From NCBI GenBank assembly GCA_963777605.1, contig CAVZRV010000029.1, positions 192,001 through 256,000 on the forward strand: a DNA stretch of 64,000 nucleotides. Direction: 5' to 3'. This document shows, in pieces, positions 1 to 10,628 of the stretch (the stretch's first letter is position 1; each line of letters begins with the position of its first letter). Source of the stretch: an uncultured Acidobacteriota bacterium (lineage in GTDB: Bacteria; Acidobacteriota; UBA6911; RPQK01; JAPXNP01). The position numbers were made by a program, and so were the translations under genes. Under the pieces are notes generated by a model that was not told the DNA's origin, searched no databases, and saw only the letters and a program-made list of their open reading frames with translations.

Positions 1-2
1 TT

Positions 3-362
3 CCCCGCTGTTCTCGTTGCGGAGAGAGGCTCAAGCCGAATGTAGTGCTCTTCGGTGAACCGGTCCGGGAGCTTGCAATGGTGGAGGCGTTGATCTCGCA
101 GTGTGACGTGTTGCTGCTGATCGGTACTTCGGGAAGCGTTTTTCCGGTGGCCGACTTTCCTCTATCGGTCCACGCTCAGGGCGGATTGCTGATTGAATTC
201 AATGTTGACGAGACGCCACTCAGCACCTACTGTGATTACACGCTTCCGGGGCGGGCGGACGAGTCCGTGCCGGCCTTTGGAAAAGCGGTCTCCGACTTGA
301 TTGCCGAGCGGCAACGCTCCAAGGGAAGTTGGGATGAGGGATCGTCAGGCATCCTGAAGTGA
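3..362 (+). CDS. cobB: NAD-dependent protein deacylase (Sir2/CobB family), 5'-truncated by the window edge
   Basis: Frame from position 3 reads PRCSRCGERLKPNVVLFGE...LLIGTSGSVFPVA...IEFN, the sirtuin zinc-ribbon, GTS and N motifs. Confidence 0.9.
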   Translation, partial: PRCSRCGERLKPNVVLFGEPVRELAMVEALISQCDVLLLIGTSGSVFPVADFPLSVHAQGGLLIEFNVDETPLSTYCDYTLPGRADESVPAFGKAVSDLIAERQRSKGSWDEGSSGILK

Positions 363-432
363 AGGAAATCGTTGCACCTGTCGTATGGAGTTGGAAAAGG
401 CGCGTTGACATTTGCCCGGGGAGGGGCATGAG

Positions 433-1380
433 ATGCATTTCCAATTCGAAAAGGCCCTGAAGATATTTCTCAGGACTTACCCTTTCGTTCTGCTGCGACT
501 TGGAGTGTCGCTGGTTGTATTGGCCCTGACCGTTGGATGGTGGGCCGGAATCTACTACCTTTTCGTTGCCTGGCCGTTTCCCGGGCCTTCCTGGCTTGCC
601 TGGGTGGTTGGAGGGGTCCTGTTCGGAAGCGGCGTCAAGTGGATTCGCCGCTACGTCCTCTACCTGGTCAAAGCGGGCCACGTTTCAGTGATTACCCGCC
701 TGGCGATAGAGGGGAACCTCCCGGCGGGAAGCGACCAGATCAGCTATGGCACCCAGACAGTCTTCAGGCACTTCGTTCGTGTATCGGTCCTGTTTGCCGT
801 GGATCAGTTGGTTCGGGTCGTGCTCAAGGCCTTCAACCGGTCGGTTTTCAAGCTGATCTCGTTCGTCCCCGGCAGCGGTAGCCTGAGAAACTTCTCGAAG
901 CAGGTGCTGGACTACAGCTTCGGCTACATTGACGAGGCGATTCTCTCCTTCACGCTCTTGCACGCGAGTCGCAATCCCTGGTCGGCTGCGCGGGACGGCC
1001 TCGTTCTCTACGTGCAGAACTGGAAGACGATCCTCGGTACTGGATTCGTCCTGGCTCTGGCCAGCTATGCCATTGTCGGGGCCATCGGCTTGCCCGGCGT
1101 GATCCTGGCTTGGACCGTCCCTACTGTCGCCGGGAAGATTTCAGGTGGTATCCTGGCCGGAGCGGCCCTCGTGATCAAGTTTGCCGTGGTGGATCCATTT
1201 GCGCTGACTGCGGTGATCGTCAATTTTCACGACGCGATCGCGGGGCAACAGGCGGACCCAGGCTGGGCCGAGCGGCTGGAACAGGTCAGCGGGGAATTCA
1301 AGCAGTTCGGGCAAAGGGCCCGGGAATGGGCGACGCCCGTGCCCCAGTCTCCGCCCCAGCCTCCCCCGGCTCCGGTCTAG
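433..1380 (+). CDS. Hypothetical integral membrane protein
   Basis: Long ORF with several hydrophobic segments and a Pro-rich tail; GAGGGG-like RBS before ATG 428/433. Confidence 0.75.
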   Translation: MHFQFEKALKIFLRTYPFVLLRLGVSLVVLALTVGWWAGIYYLFVAWPFPGPSWLAWVVGGVLFGSGVKWIRRYVLYLVKAGHVSVITRLAIEGNLPAGSDQISYGTQTVFRHFVRVSVLFAVDQLVRVVLKAFNRSVFKLISFVPGSGSLRNFSKQVLDYSFGYIDEAILSFTLLHASRNPWSAARDGLVLYVQNWKTILGTGFVLALASYAIVGAIGLPGVILAWTVPTVAGKISGGILAGAALVIKFAVVDPFALTAVIVNFHDAIAGQQADPGWAERLEQVSGEFKQFGQRAREWATPVPQSPPQPPPAPV

Positions 1381-1472
1381 CCCGCCGCCGCAGCAGCCTG
1401 GCGAGCAAGGCGAACTGGGCAATTGAAGAAGGACGCCCCGGTCTTACGCGATCCTCGGATACAATATGACGC

Positions 1473-1874
1473 ATGTTTGCGTCGATGCGAAGACTAGTCA
1501 TTGCCGCTGCCGTACTGGTACTGTTCCAGATTGGCTGTGGAGTTACCGAGACGACGGTTGCGGGAGGTCTGCCTGATCACGATCCCGATTTGGCCTATCG
1601 TCTCGTTACCGAAGAACAGGCGCTCCTGCTCGATGTGAGGACTTCTCGAGAATATCTCGCCGGGCACGTGCCCGGAGCGAAGAACATTGATGTTCAGGAA
1701 CTCCCGGCCCGGCTGAACGAAGTCGAAGCGTTGGTCGGTGGAAAGAGGGACCGCCCCATTGTGGTTTACTGCACGCGGGGGGTGCGGGCGGCCCAGGCCA
1801 AGCGAATACTTCTGAAAGCGGGCTACGAAAAGGTCACCAATCTCGGTGGCCTGTACGATTGGCCGACAAAATAA
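1473..1874 (+). CDS. Rhodanese-like domain protein, possibly a lipoprotein
   Basis: LLDVRT.REY.AGHVPGA and active-site loop VYCTRGVRA; signal-like N-terminus ending in IGC. Confidence 0.88.
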   Translation: MFASMRRLVIAAAVLVLFQIGCGVTETTVAGGLPDHDPDLAYRLVTEEQALLLDVRTSREYLAGHVPGAKNIDVQELPARLNEVEALVGGKRDRPIVVYCTRGVRAAQAKRILLKAGYEKVTNLGGLYDWPTK

Positions 1875-1955
1875 TCTGAGAGACTCGACGGGTCGGGATT
1901 TCGGTCGGGGATACCGCCTTCTGCGGGCCGTCGCCAGGTGTTTCGGGGGAGTTGG

Positions 1956-3908
1956 ATGCGTTATCTGGCTGCGCTCGTTTTCTGTTTGAGTCTGTGCAGT
2001 TCCCTGAGCGCACAGCAGCCGGAACTGTTGCCGTTACCTTCCGGACCAGCTATTGCCGCGCCCGAGCCTACCCTTCCGCTGGCGAATCCGTTTTCCCGCG
2101 AGCACCTGGAGGTATTTGTGGACGGGCTGATGAGCAGTCAGTTCGAGGCTTACCACCTGGCGGGCGCGGTGGTCGTTGTGGTCAAGGATGACGAGATTCT
2201 TCTCAGCAGGGGCTACGGCAGGGCCGATCTGAGGACGGAGCGAGAGGTTGACCCTGCTGCAACCCTGTTCCGTCTCGGAGACACGTCCAGGATCTTCGTC
2301 TGGACCGCCCTGATGCAGCTCGCCGAACAGAATCGGCTCGACCTCAATCGCGACGTTAACACCTACCTCAAGGAATTCAAGGTTCCCGACGCGTATCCTC
2401 AGCCGGTCACAAGTGCCGACCTGATGGGCCACACGGCCGGCTTCGAGGCACGTTATCTCGGGATGCTGTTGCCCGCGTTCTCGGACATCCGACCCCTGGA
2501 ATCGACTCTCTCCGCCAGTTTCCCCGAGCGGGTCCGCCCCCCCGGCACGGTAGCAGCCTACTCGGACTATGGGGCTGCTCTGGGAGCGTTGATCGTTCAG
2601 GAAATCTCGGGCGAGACCTGGGCCGACTATCTCGCTTCGAAGATCCTGGATCCGCTGGGCATGAGCAGAACCTCGATTGCGCAACCTCTGGAGCCGAGCC
2701 TGGCCGACGACCTTTCCCGCGGTTACTTCTTTGATGAGGGTCGCTTGGAGCGCGCAGATTTTGAGATCGTCCGTCTACCTTCGGCGCTGGGAATGAGTAC
2801 GACTGGCGAGGACATGGGCCGCTTTGTGATCGCCCAACTCCAGGCGGGGAGTTACCACGGGGGAAGAATCCTGCAGCCTGAGACCGTGAGCCGGATGCAG
2901 AGCGAACTCTATACCCAGGATGCGCGCTTTCCTGGAATGGCATACGGATTCATCACCCGACAGGTAAACGAGCAGAGGCTCGTCGGCCATTCGGGAGGGC
3001 TGCTTTACTTCCACTCCGAGTTGTGGATGGATCCCGACCAGCACGTGGGGTTTTTCGTGGCCTACAACAGCGAAGACGGTGTGAGGGCCGGCAGGGATTT
3101 CAGTGCGGCGTTAATCGATCACTGGTTTCCGTCAACGCCGTCTCCAGCGAATCGGGAACCGGTGGGCTTGCCCGGACGTGCCCAGGTGATGACCGGAAGC
3201 TACCTGCCGACCCGGCGGCCCTTCACGACCATTGACAAATTGACTGACTGGATGGCGTACGCGAACGTTCGCGTTGGAAAAGATGGTTTGCTGCTCACCG
3301 AGCTGCCGGGCCGGGGACCTCAGGAATGGCAGGAGTACGAACCCTTTGCTTTCCGGGAGTGCGAAGGAAGTGGCAGGCTCCTTTTCAAGGTGGACTCCGC
3401 CAACGGGCGGACCCTGCTGCTGCTGGGAGACAACCCCGAACTGGCTTTCGAAAAGCTGCCCGATTACGAATCTCCGGAATTCCACGTCCTGGTCGTTTCC
3501 CTGGCGGGGCTGCTGTTCTTTTCTACCCTGGCGTTCCCGGTTATCCGGTCTCTGCTGGTACGTCGAAGCGACGAGATGCTGGCCCGGAGAGACGTGACTC
3601 ACCCGTTGATTCGCGGACTGGCTTCCTTCCTGAGCCTGATCAACCTGGCGTTCCTGGCGGGACTTCTTTACCTGCTTGGAGACCCTCTGCTCCTCCTGAG
3701 AGGGGTGCCGGCATCGATGGTGACCCTGCTCGTGCTTCCAGTCGTAAGTGGGTCGCTGACGCTGATCATGATGATCGTGACTTTTTTTGCATGGCGGGGC
3801 GGCTACTGGGGAATGGCGGCACGGCTGCACTATTCCTTCGTGACGCTGGCAGCGCTGGCATTTTTATGGGAACTCAACTTCTGGAATCTCCTGGGTTGGC
3901 GTTTCTGA
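1956..3908 (+). CDS. Beta-lactamase/serine-hydrolase-fold membrane protein with C-terminal TM helices; catalytic SxxK replaced by DTSR
   Basis: TLFRLGDTSRIF, LMGHTAGF, AYSDYG and GHSGG motifs; signal peptide; about four C-terminal TM segments. Confidence 0.85.
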   Translation: MRYLAALVFCLSLCSSLSAQQPELLPLPSGPAIAAPEPTLPLANPFSREHLEVFVDGLMSSQFEAYHLAGAVVVVVKDDEILLSRGYGRADLRTEREVDPAATLFRLGDTSRIFVWTALMQLAEQNRLDLNRDVNTYLKEFKVPDAYPQPVTSADLMGHTAGFEARYLGMLLPAFSDIRPLESTLSASFPERVRPPGTVAAYSDYGAALGALIVQEISGETWADYLASKILDPLGMSRTSIAQPLEPSLADDLSRGYFFDEGRLERADFEIVRLPSALGMSTTGEDMGRFVIAQLQAGSYHGGRILQPETVSRMQSELYTQDARFPGMAYGFITRQVNEQRLVGHSGGLLYFHSELWMDPDQHVGFFVAYNSEDGVRAGRDFSAALIDHWFPSTPSPANREPVGLPGRAQVMTGSYLPTRRPFTTIDKLTDWMAYANVRVGKDGLLLTELPGRGPQEWQEYEPFAFRECEGSGRLLFKVDSANGRTLLLLGDNPELAFEKLPDYESPEFHVLVVSLAGLLFFSTLAFPVIRSLLVRRSDEMLARRDVTHPLIRGLASFLSLINLAFLAGLLYLLGDPLLLLRGVPASMVTLLVLPVVSGSLTLIMMIVTFFAWRGGYWGMAARLHYSFVTLAALAFLWELNFWNLLGWRF

Positions 3909-3959
3909 TGTTTCGATTCGGCAATTCCGAGGGCTTGCCGGGAGGCGCCAGGGCGAAGC

Positions 3960-6900
3960 ATGGCCTCCAATGAAATCGTGACATCATTCGATTCCGGGCG
4001 GCTGGCTGAGGCCCGCCGATGGCTGGCTGCGCGGTCGGGAGGGTCGTCGGTGATTGCTCCCATGAAAGCTGCCTGCGACGAACTGGCCCTTGCCGTGGCC
4101 GAAAATGGGAATGGCTTGGTCGGTGTTCAACGTTTCTCTCCAGGGTCGTTCTTCCTGTCGCTAGCCTCCCCGATGCTCGTCCAAAAGGGGATGGCCCCGA
4201 TCGGAGGGCTTGGGTTCGAGGCTTTGGTCGCTCGTTCCGTCAACCGACTCGCGCAGTCGGGTCGTCTCCGCTACTTCGAGCCGATCGCCCAGATGCCCGG
4301 CTTTCCCCGCGCAGTCGCGAGAACGGCTGAAGAGATGAGGATGAATCGGGTATCGGGCGAATCCTTGCGAGGCGGCAACGAGCAGGACGTTGATCTGGCT
4401 GACATCCTGGACGAACTCGCTGGAGAACTGGCCGCAAGGAGGTTGGCCGACCCGGCCCTGATTCGTCGGCTTGCTCTTGAGCGGGTCGAGAGCGATCGCG
4501 AACCACCGGTCCCTCCCGATTTGCTTTTTCTCGACTACGTTCCTGGATCCCGTATCGAGATGGACCTGACCGCGGCGCTGTCGCGATGGCACGAGGATGT
4601 CCTCGCGGTCCTGCCGGCCTGGGATCGTGATGGGATCCGGTCCCTGGTCTCGCTTCTGGGTACCCGCTCTCGTGAGGTGGGAGGACCGGAAGTCCTCGGA
4701 AAAGACCTCCTCGATCATTGCCGACGTTTCCTTTTCGCCGAGTCGCTGCCCGATCCTCCCTCCGAAAAGGACCGGTTTGAATTCTTCTCGGCACCCGGTG
4801 AAGACCGCGAATGCGTGGAGATCGCGCGGCGCATCCTCGCACTTGCCGACCTCGGCATTCGGTTTGACGAGATCGCCATTCTGCTCAGAGATGCAGGCTT
4901 CTACCAGGGTCCCCTGTCCGACGCCCTGGCGAGCGCCGGTATCCCGGCCCACTTCTCTCGTGGCACTCCGAGGCCAAACCCGCCGGGGCGCGCATTCATG
5001 GCGCTCCTCGATTGTGCCGCTGAGGGGCTGTCGTCGAGGAGGATGGCCGAGTTTCTCTCCTTCGAGAATCACCCGCGTTGGGACGATCTGCTGGACCGGG
5101 CGGAAGGCGCCAGGGATTTGCCGACCTGGCGGAGGCTTCTGGCCGGGCTGGCGGCTGAGACTCGTGTCATGCTGAACCGGCTCGAAGGGGAAGAGCCGGT
5201 TGCCGCCGGTCTGAATCGGCGTCTAGAAAGACTCGACGACCTGACCGGAGTGGTTTTTCCGCTGTTGGAGCAACTCGCTGCCTGGCCCTCGCAATTGTCC
5301 TGGGGAGAGTGGCTGGTTCGGCTTGAGTCGTTGGCCGGTGAGGCGCTCAAGGACGGGGAGCCAATTCGGGACGTCCTCCGAGAACTGGAGCCGATGGGAG
5401 AAGTTGGTCCGGTCGGATTGGAGGAGGTCCGAAGGGTTCTCCAATACCGGCTCCGCGATACTACCGATCCGCCCTCGTCGGATCGCTACGGGAGGGTGTT
5501 CGTTGGCCCCGTGGAGTCGGCGGCCGGACGTTCGTTCGAAGTGGTCTTCCTGCCCGGGCTTGCCGAGGGTCTCTTCCCCAGGAAAGTGCTCGAAGATCCG
5601 ATTCTCCTCGATGACCGTCGCCGAATCCTTGATCCGGTGTTGAAGACACGTCAGTCTGGGATTGCAGCAGAACGTCGTCTGCTGCTTGCCGCGGTTGGCG
5701 TTGCCCGAAGCCGGCTGTTCGTCTCTCATCCCCGAATCGACCTGATGCAGGGAAGGGGTCGGGTGCCCTCCCTGTTTGCCCTGGAGTTGTTGCGGGCGGT
5801 GAAAGGCGCTTTCCCCGAGCTGTCTCAACTCGATCGGGAAAGCGGAGTCGAGAGCGCGTTCCGCCTGGGGTGGCCCGCTCCGCTCGACCCGATGGCGGCC
5901 ATCGATCCCAGCGAGTTCGACCTGGCCAGGTTGGGGACGCTTTTGTACGGGACCTCGAATGATCTCCGGGGACGAGGGCGGTTCCTGCTCCAGGTAAACC
6001 CCTGGCTGGCCCGTTCGGTGCGGGCCCGTTACAAGCGATGGCAGCAGGCTTGGTCCGATGACGACGGCATCGTCGCTCCGCGGGAGCCCGAGGTCAAGGA
6101 GATTCTTTCGTCCCAGTTGCTCACGGAGAGAAGCTTCTCTCCGACCGCTCTCCAGAACTTTTCTCGGTGTCCCTATCGTTTCTTCCTTTACGCAATTCTC
6201 AAGCTGCAGCCGAGGGGTCGCTGGGAACCGGTAGAGCAGATGAACCCGCTGGTGCGAGGAAGCCTCATCCATGAAACTCAGTTCAGGCTGTTTGAGAGAC
6301 TCGAAGCAGAAGGCCTTCTCCCGACTGATCAAGCCCCGGTTGAGCGGCTGCTCGACCTGCTCGACGAGGTTCTGAACGAGACCGTAGGTTCCTACGAATC
6401 GGAACTCATGCCAGCCCTCCCGGCAATCTGGCAAACTCAGGTCGAGGAGGTCCGAGTCGATCTCAGGACCTGGGTCAGGGAGATGGCAGCGGACGAGGGC
6501 TGGCTTCCGGTCAGATGGGAACTTTCCTTCGGTTTGCCGAAAGAGCCGGGGCGGGATCCACGAAGTCAGACCGAAGAGGTCGTTCTGAAGGGAGGTTTCC
6601 GGGTTCGCGGTGCCGTGGACCTGGTCGAGCAGCGGCGCGACACGGGGGCACTCCGGGTAACTGACCACAAGACAGGTCGTTCCCCGGTGCCGGAACCCCG
6701 GGTCGTAGGGGGCGGGGAGAGCCTTCAGCCGCTCCTTTACGCGATAGCACTGGAGCAACTGTTCCCGGGCACCGAGATCAGCAGCGGGCTCTATTACTGC
6801 ACTCAACGGGGAGGGTTCCGCCGCCTCGACTTCCCCTTGAACGCGAATGGCCGGCAGGCTGTGTCGGCGGTTTTGGAACTGATCAACCGGTCGATCGACA

Positions 6901-7046
6901 CTGGTTTCCTGCCTGCGGCACCGCGAGAAGATGCCTGCCGGAACTGTGAGTACCATTCGATTTGTGGACCGTACGAGGAACTCAGGGTGGCCCGGAAGGA
7001 TCGCCGGGCGCTTAGGGACCTGCTTATGTTGAGGGCGATGCCGTGA
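3960..7046 (+). CDS. addB: AddB-like PD-(D/E)XK nuclease subunit with Fe-S staple
   Basis: FSPTALQNFSRCPYRFF, RGAVDLVE..TDHKTG, LQPLLYA, CRNCEYHSIC; overlaps addA by GTGA. Confidence 0.85.
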   Translation: MASNEIVTSFDSGRLAEARRWLAARSGGSSVIAPMKAACDELALAVAENGNGLVGVQRFSPGSFFLSLASPMLVQKGMAPIGGLGFEALVARSVNRLAQSGRLRYFEPIAQMPGFPRAVARTAEEMRMNRVSGESLRGGNEQDVDLADILDELAGELAARRLADPALIRRLALERVESDREPPVPPDLLFLDYVPGSRIEMDLTAALSRWHEDVLAVLPAWDRDGIRSLVSLLGTRSREVGGPEVLGKDLLDHCRRFLFAESLPDPPSEKDRFEFFSAPGEDRECVEIARRILALADLGIRFDEIAILLRDAGFYQGPLSDALASAGIPAHFSRGTPRPNPPGRAFMALLDCAAEGLSSRRMAEFLSFENHPRWDDLLDRAEGARDLPTWRRLLAGLAAETRVMLNRLEGEEPVAAGLNRRLERLDDLTGVVFPLLEQLAAWPSQLSWGEWLVRLESLAGEALKDGEPIRDVLRELEPMGEVGPVGLEEVRRVLQYRLRDTTDPPSSDRYGRVFVGPVESAAGRSFEVVFLPGLAEGLFPRKVLEDPILLDDRRRILDPVLKTRQSGIAAERRLLLAAVGVARSRLFVSHPRIDLMQGRGRVPSLFALELLRAVKGAFPELSQLDRESGVESAFRLGWPAPLDPMAAIDPSEFDLARLGTLLYGTSNDLRGRGRFLLQVNPWLARSVRARYKRWQQAWSDDDGIVAPREPEVKEILSSQLLTERSFSPTALQNFSRCPYRFFLYAILKLQPRGRWEPVEQMNPLVRGSLIHETQFRLFERLEAEGLLPTDQAPVERLLDLLDEVLNETVGSYESELMPALPAIWQTQVEEVRVDLRTWVREMAADEGWLPVRWELSFGLPKEPGRDPRSQTEEVVLKGGFRVRGAVDLVEQRRDTGALRVTDHKTGRSPVPEPRVVGGGESLQPLLYAIALEQLFPGTEISSGLYYCTQRGGFRRLDFPLNANGRQAVSAVLELINRSIDTGFLPAAPREDACRNCEYHSICGPYEELRVARKDRRALRDLLMLRAMP

Positions 7047-10000
7047 GTGGTCAGGTGAGATTGAGAGACGCCGAAGCTCGAGAACGGATCGCCCACGACC
7101 TCGATGTCAGCATGATGGTCGAAGCTGCGGCCGGAACCGGGAAAACGACCGTTCTGGTTCGCCGGATCGTTGAGATTCTGAGGTCGGGGCGGGCGGATCC
7201 TTCGAGCATCGTGGCGATCACGTTCACGCGAAGGGCGGCCGGCGAATTAAAGCTCCGCCTGCGCCGGGAACTCGATCGAGCCCTGTCGGAATCTCCCGAC
7301 GAGCCGGTAAGGACCCGACTCTGGACGGCGGCCTCGACCCTGGAAGAGGCCCACATCGGGACGATTCACTCCTTTTGCGGAGATCTCCTGCGGGAACGAC
7401 CGGTGGAAGCCCGGGTGGATCCGGGATTCGACGAATTTGGAGAAGAGGAGGCCGGCGCCTTCTTCGACCAGGTTTTTCGCCGTTGGGTTGAAGACCGCCT
7501 GGGCGACCTTCCCGACGGGTTTTCTCGCGTCCTCAATCGATCGATGGCCCGACAGCAGGGCGCGAGCGACTCCCCTACGCGTCAACTGCGGGACGCCGCC
7601 TGGAAGTTCCGGGACTGGCGGGATTTCGGTGCCTCCTGGGAGCAGCGTCCGTTTGACCGGAAGGGCGAGATCGACCAACTGGTGGATCGAATTCAGGCGA
7701 TGGTCGAGACGACGGGACGCCCTGCGAACCGAAGAGACCCTCTGTGGGAGTCGCTCCGACCTCTCTACGAGTTGGAAGCCTGGATCAGCCGCGCGGAACG
7801 GGAGCGAGGGCGGGACCATGACCAGCTGGAGGCTTTTCTGGTCAACCTTCCGAGGCAGATTAAGAAGGTGCGGTACCTGGGTTCGGGGCCCTTCGCGGGA
7901 GGGGTTCCGAGGAAGGCGGTGCTCGATTCAAGGGAACGGCTTCTCGGAGAGCTGGAAGACTTTGTTCAGGCGGCTGACGCCGACCTTGCGGTCTATCTTC
8001 AGCAGGAATTCCGGTTCCTGATCGATCAATACGAGCGTGCCAAGGAACGCTCCGGAAACCTGGACTTCGTGGATCTGCTGATCCGGGCAAGGAACCTGGT
8101 TCGCGACGCGCCCGGCGTCAGAGCTCATTTCCAGACCCGCTTTTCCCACATCCTGGTGGACGAATTCCAGGACACTGACCCTCTTCAGGCCGAACTGCTG
8201 TTCCTGCTTGCGTGCGAGGACCCCGCGGTCTGTGACTGGCGCCGGGCCAGGCCTGCCCCGGGCAAGTTCTTCCTGGTCGGTGACCCGAAGCAGTCGATCT
8301 ATCGATTCCGACGTGCCGACGTTCTCCTCTACGAGGAAATCAAGAGCCGCTTGGTGAAGTGGGGCACTCCTCTGCTCCACCTGACCGAGAACTTCCGCTC
8401 TGCGGAACCGGTCCTTTCCCTGGTCAATGCCGCCTTTGCGGACGAGATGGCGCTGGATCTCGATGCTGGCCAGCCGGGGTACGTGCCGCTTACCGCGACA
8501 AGAACCGCGTTGCCCTCCCAGCCTTCGATTCTCGCACTGCCGGTACCGGCGCCTTACGGGAAGATGTACCTGTCGCGGGCAGCGGTGGAGGCTTCGCTGC
8601 CTGCGGCCATAGCCGGTTTTGTTGCATGGGCGATCGAGAAGTCCGGCTGGGTAGTCCGCGATCCATCGTCCGGGGGGCGAGAGACCCCGGTTCGGCCCGG
8701 ACATTTCGCGATTCTGTTCCGCCGCTTTGTCTCCTGGGGAAACGACATGACACGCGACTATGCGAGAGAACTGGAGGCTCGCGGAGTCCCCCACATTCTG
8801 CTCGGCTCCCGTTCGTTTCACGGACGGGAGGAGGTCGAGATGATCCGAACCGCCCTGACAGCGATCGAGCGCCCGGATGATGAGCTCGAGGTGTACGCGT
8901 CGTTAAGAGGGTCGCTTTTCTCGATCCCGGACCGGGTCCTGCTCTGGTATCGGCATCAGTTCGGGAAACTCAATCCCCTGAGCCGGGTGGAAGGGGAGGC
9001 GCCTCCGGCACTCGAGCCCGTGTCGCGGGCGCTGGAAATTCTGGCGCACCTCCACGGTGAGCGCAATCGCCGTTCTATCGTATCGACGATCAATGAACTG
9101 CTGGAGTCCACGCGTGCCCAGGCCGGATTCGCACTGCGTCCGGCCGGGCACCAGGTACTGGCCAACGTCAGACGGATCTGCAATATGGCGCGCTGGTACG
9201 AACTCAGAGGAGGAACCTCATTTCGAGGTTTCGTTGAGTGGCTGCATGAACAGGCGGAACGCCGGACTCCTGAGGCACCTGTCTTCGAAGAAGGGATGGA
9301 TGGAGTTCAGTTGACGACGGTTCATGCGGCCAAGGGTTTAGAGTATCCGATCGTGATCCTGGCAGACATGACTTGCCGACAGAGCATTGCCCGGGCCGAC
9401 CGGTACATTGATCTTGACCGGGACCTGGCTGCCTTCAGCCTGATGGGGTGCCGACCCTGGGAATTGCTCGAAAACGAAGAACTCGAAACCACTCGAGACC
9501 GCGCCGAGGCGGTCAGGATTGCCTATGTCGCGGCGACTCGGGCGCGTGACATGCTGGTAGTTCCGGCCGTGGGCGATGAGGCTATGGACGGCTGGCTCGG
9601 TGTCCTGAACCCGGGGATCTATCCTCCGGTGGAACGGCGCAGAAAGCCGCTGCCGGCACCCGGATGTCCTCCTTTCGGATCGGACTCAGTGGTGGATCGC
9701 CCTCCGGCGGCGTTCCAGTCTCTTGGCACCTCGGTCGCGCCCGGGTTGCATCAGGCGGAGCAGGGGACTCAGCCCGTGGTCTGGTTCGATCCCCACCTCC
9801 TCAACCTTTCCGTTTCGGGGAATCTCGGGCTGCGCCAGGAACAATTGCTGGCTGAGGCGCCACCGGGTGGCAGCGTGGATGACGGGTTGGCCGAATTCAG
9901 GAACTGGAACCGGCTCCGGGATCGCCGGCTGGAATCGGGCGCGCTCCCCTCGCGTACCCTTCTGAACGTGCACGAATCATTGTCTCGAAGGGATCCGCCT

Positions 10001-10480
10001 GAACTGATCCCGGTCCACTTCGCCGCCCCGGAAGAACGGCCGCAGCGGCCCGGCGGTCGCACCTTTGGGGTGCTCGTTCACGCGGTACTGCGGGATGTCC
10101 CGCTCGACGCGGAGGAGAACGAGATCGGGAGACTGGTCAACTTGCAGGGGAGATTGCTTCGCTCCACACGGGAGGAATGTGCTGCCGCGGTTCGGGCAGT
10201 CGTCGAGGTTCTTCAACACCCCTTGATGGAGCGTGCGAGACGATCTGGGTCCTGCCACCGCGAGTTCCCGGTCGTCCTGCCGCTGGAAGGAGGGGAGTTG
10301 CTGGAGGGAAGCATCGATCTGGCCTTCCAGGAGGGGGCGGACTGGGTGGTGGTGGATTTCAAGTCGGACGTGACCGCTGCAGGGCTGCCGCCGAACTACG
10401 TCAGGCAGGTTCAATGGTACGCTTTTGCCCTGCGCCGGACGCTGGCTGAAAACGTCGAAGGATGGATATTGGCCGTGTGA
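7043..10480 (+). CDS. addA: AddA-like UvrD helicase/nuclease
   Basis: Walker A AAAGTGKT, VDEFQDTD, VGDPKQSIYRFR, TVHAAKGLEY, YVAATRA; C-terminal GSID..DFKS nuclease. Confidence 0.9.
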   Translation: MSGQVRLRDAEARERIAHDLDVSMMVEAAAGTGKTTVLVRRIVEILRSGRADPSSIVAITFTRRAAGELKLRLRRELDRALSESPDEPVRTRLWTAASTLEEAHIGTIHSFCGDLLRERPVEARVDPGFDEFGEEEAGAFFDQVFRRWVEDRLGDLPDGFSRVLNRSMARQQGASDSPTRQLRDAAWKFRDWRDFGASWEQRPFDRKGEIDQLVDRIQAMVETTGRPANRRDPLWESLRPLYELEAWISRAERERGRDHDQLEAFLVNLPRQIKKVRYLGSGPFAGGVPRKAVLDSRERLLGELEDFVQAADADLAVYLQQEFRFLIDQYERAKERSGNLDFVDLLIRARNLVRDAPGVRAHFQTRFSHILVDEFQDTDPLQAELLFLLACEDPAVCDWRRARPAPGKFFLVGDPKQSIYRFRRADVLLYEEIKSRLVKWGTPLLHLTENFRSAEPVLSLVNAAFADEMALDLDAGQPGYVPLTATRTALPSQPSILALPVPAPYGKMYLSRAAVEASLPAAIAGFVAWAIEKSGWVVRDPSSGGRETPVRPGHFAILFRRFVSWGNDMTRDYARELEARGVPHILLGSRSFHGREEVEMIRTALTAIERPDDELEVYASLRGSLFSIPDRVLLWYRHQFGKLNPLSRVEGEAPPALEPVSRALEILAHLHGERNRRSIVSTINELLESTRAQAGFALRPAGHQVLANVRRICNMARWYELRGGTSFRGFVEWLHEQAERRTPEAPVFEEGMDGVQLTTVHAAKGLEYPIVILADMTCRQSIARADRYIDLDRDLAAFSLMGCRPWELLENEELETTRDRAEAVRIAYVAATRARDMLVVPAVGDEAMDGWLGVLNPGIYPPVERRRKPLPAPGCPPFGSDSVVDRPPAAFQSLGTSVAPGLHQAEQGTQPVVWFDPHLLNLSVSGNLGLRQEQLLAEAPPGGSVDDGLAEFRNWNRLRDRRLESGALPSRTLLNVHESLSRRDPPELIPVHFAAPEERPQRPGGRTFGVLVHAVLRDVPLDAEENEIGRLVNLQGRLLRSTREECAAAVRAVVEVLQHPLMERARRSGSCHREFPVVLPLEGGELLEGSIDLAFQEGADWVVVDFKSDVTAAGLPPNYVRQVQWYAFALRRTLAENVEGWILAV

Positions 10481-10628
10481 CGGTAGCGTTTGCTGGAGGC
10501 GCGGTAGGCCGGCCGTCGTCAGGATGGGCCTGGCTTTGGAGACCAATCGCTGCCCTGAGAATTGATGACTTGTTCCGGCAAGGTGAGGATGAACCCACCC
10601 GTTCCGGGTGAACTGCCAGGCCCGCCGA

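Noticed and set aside
3960-10480. Nuclease-helicase pair as a novel defence system or Cas4 module
   Set aside because: Size, order and motifs match housekeeping AddAB recombination genes
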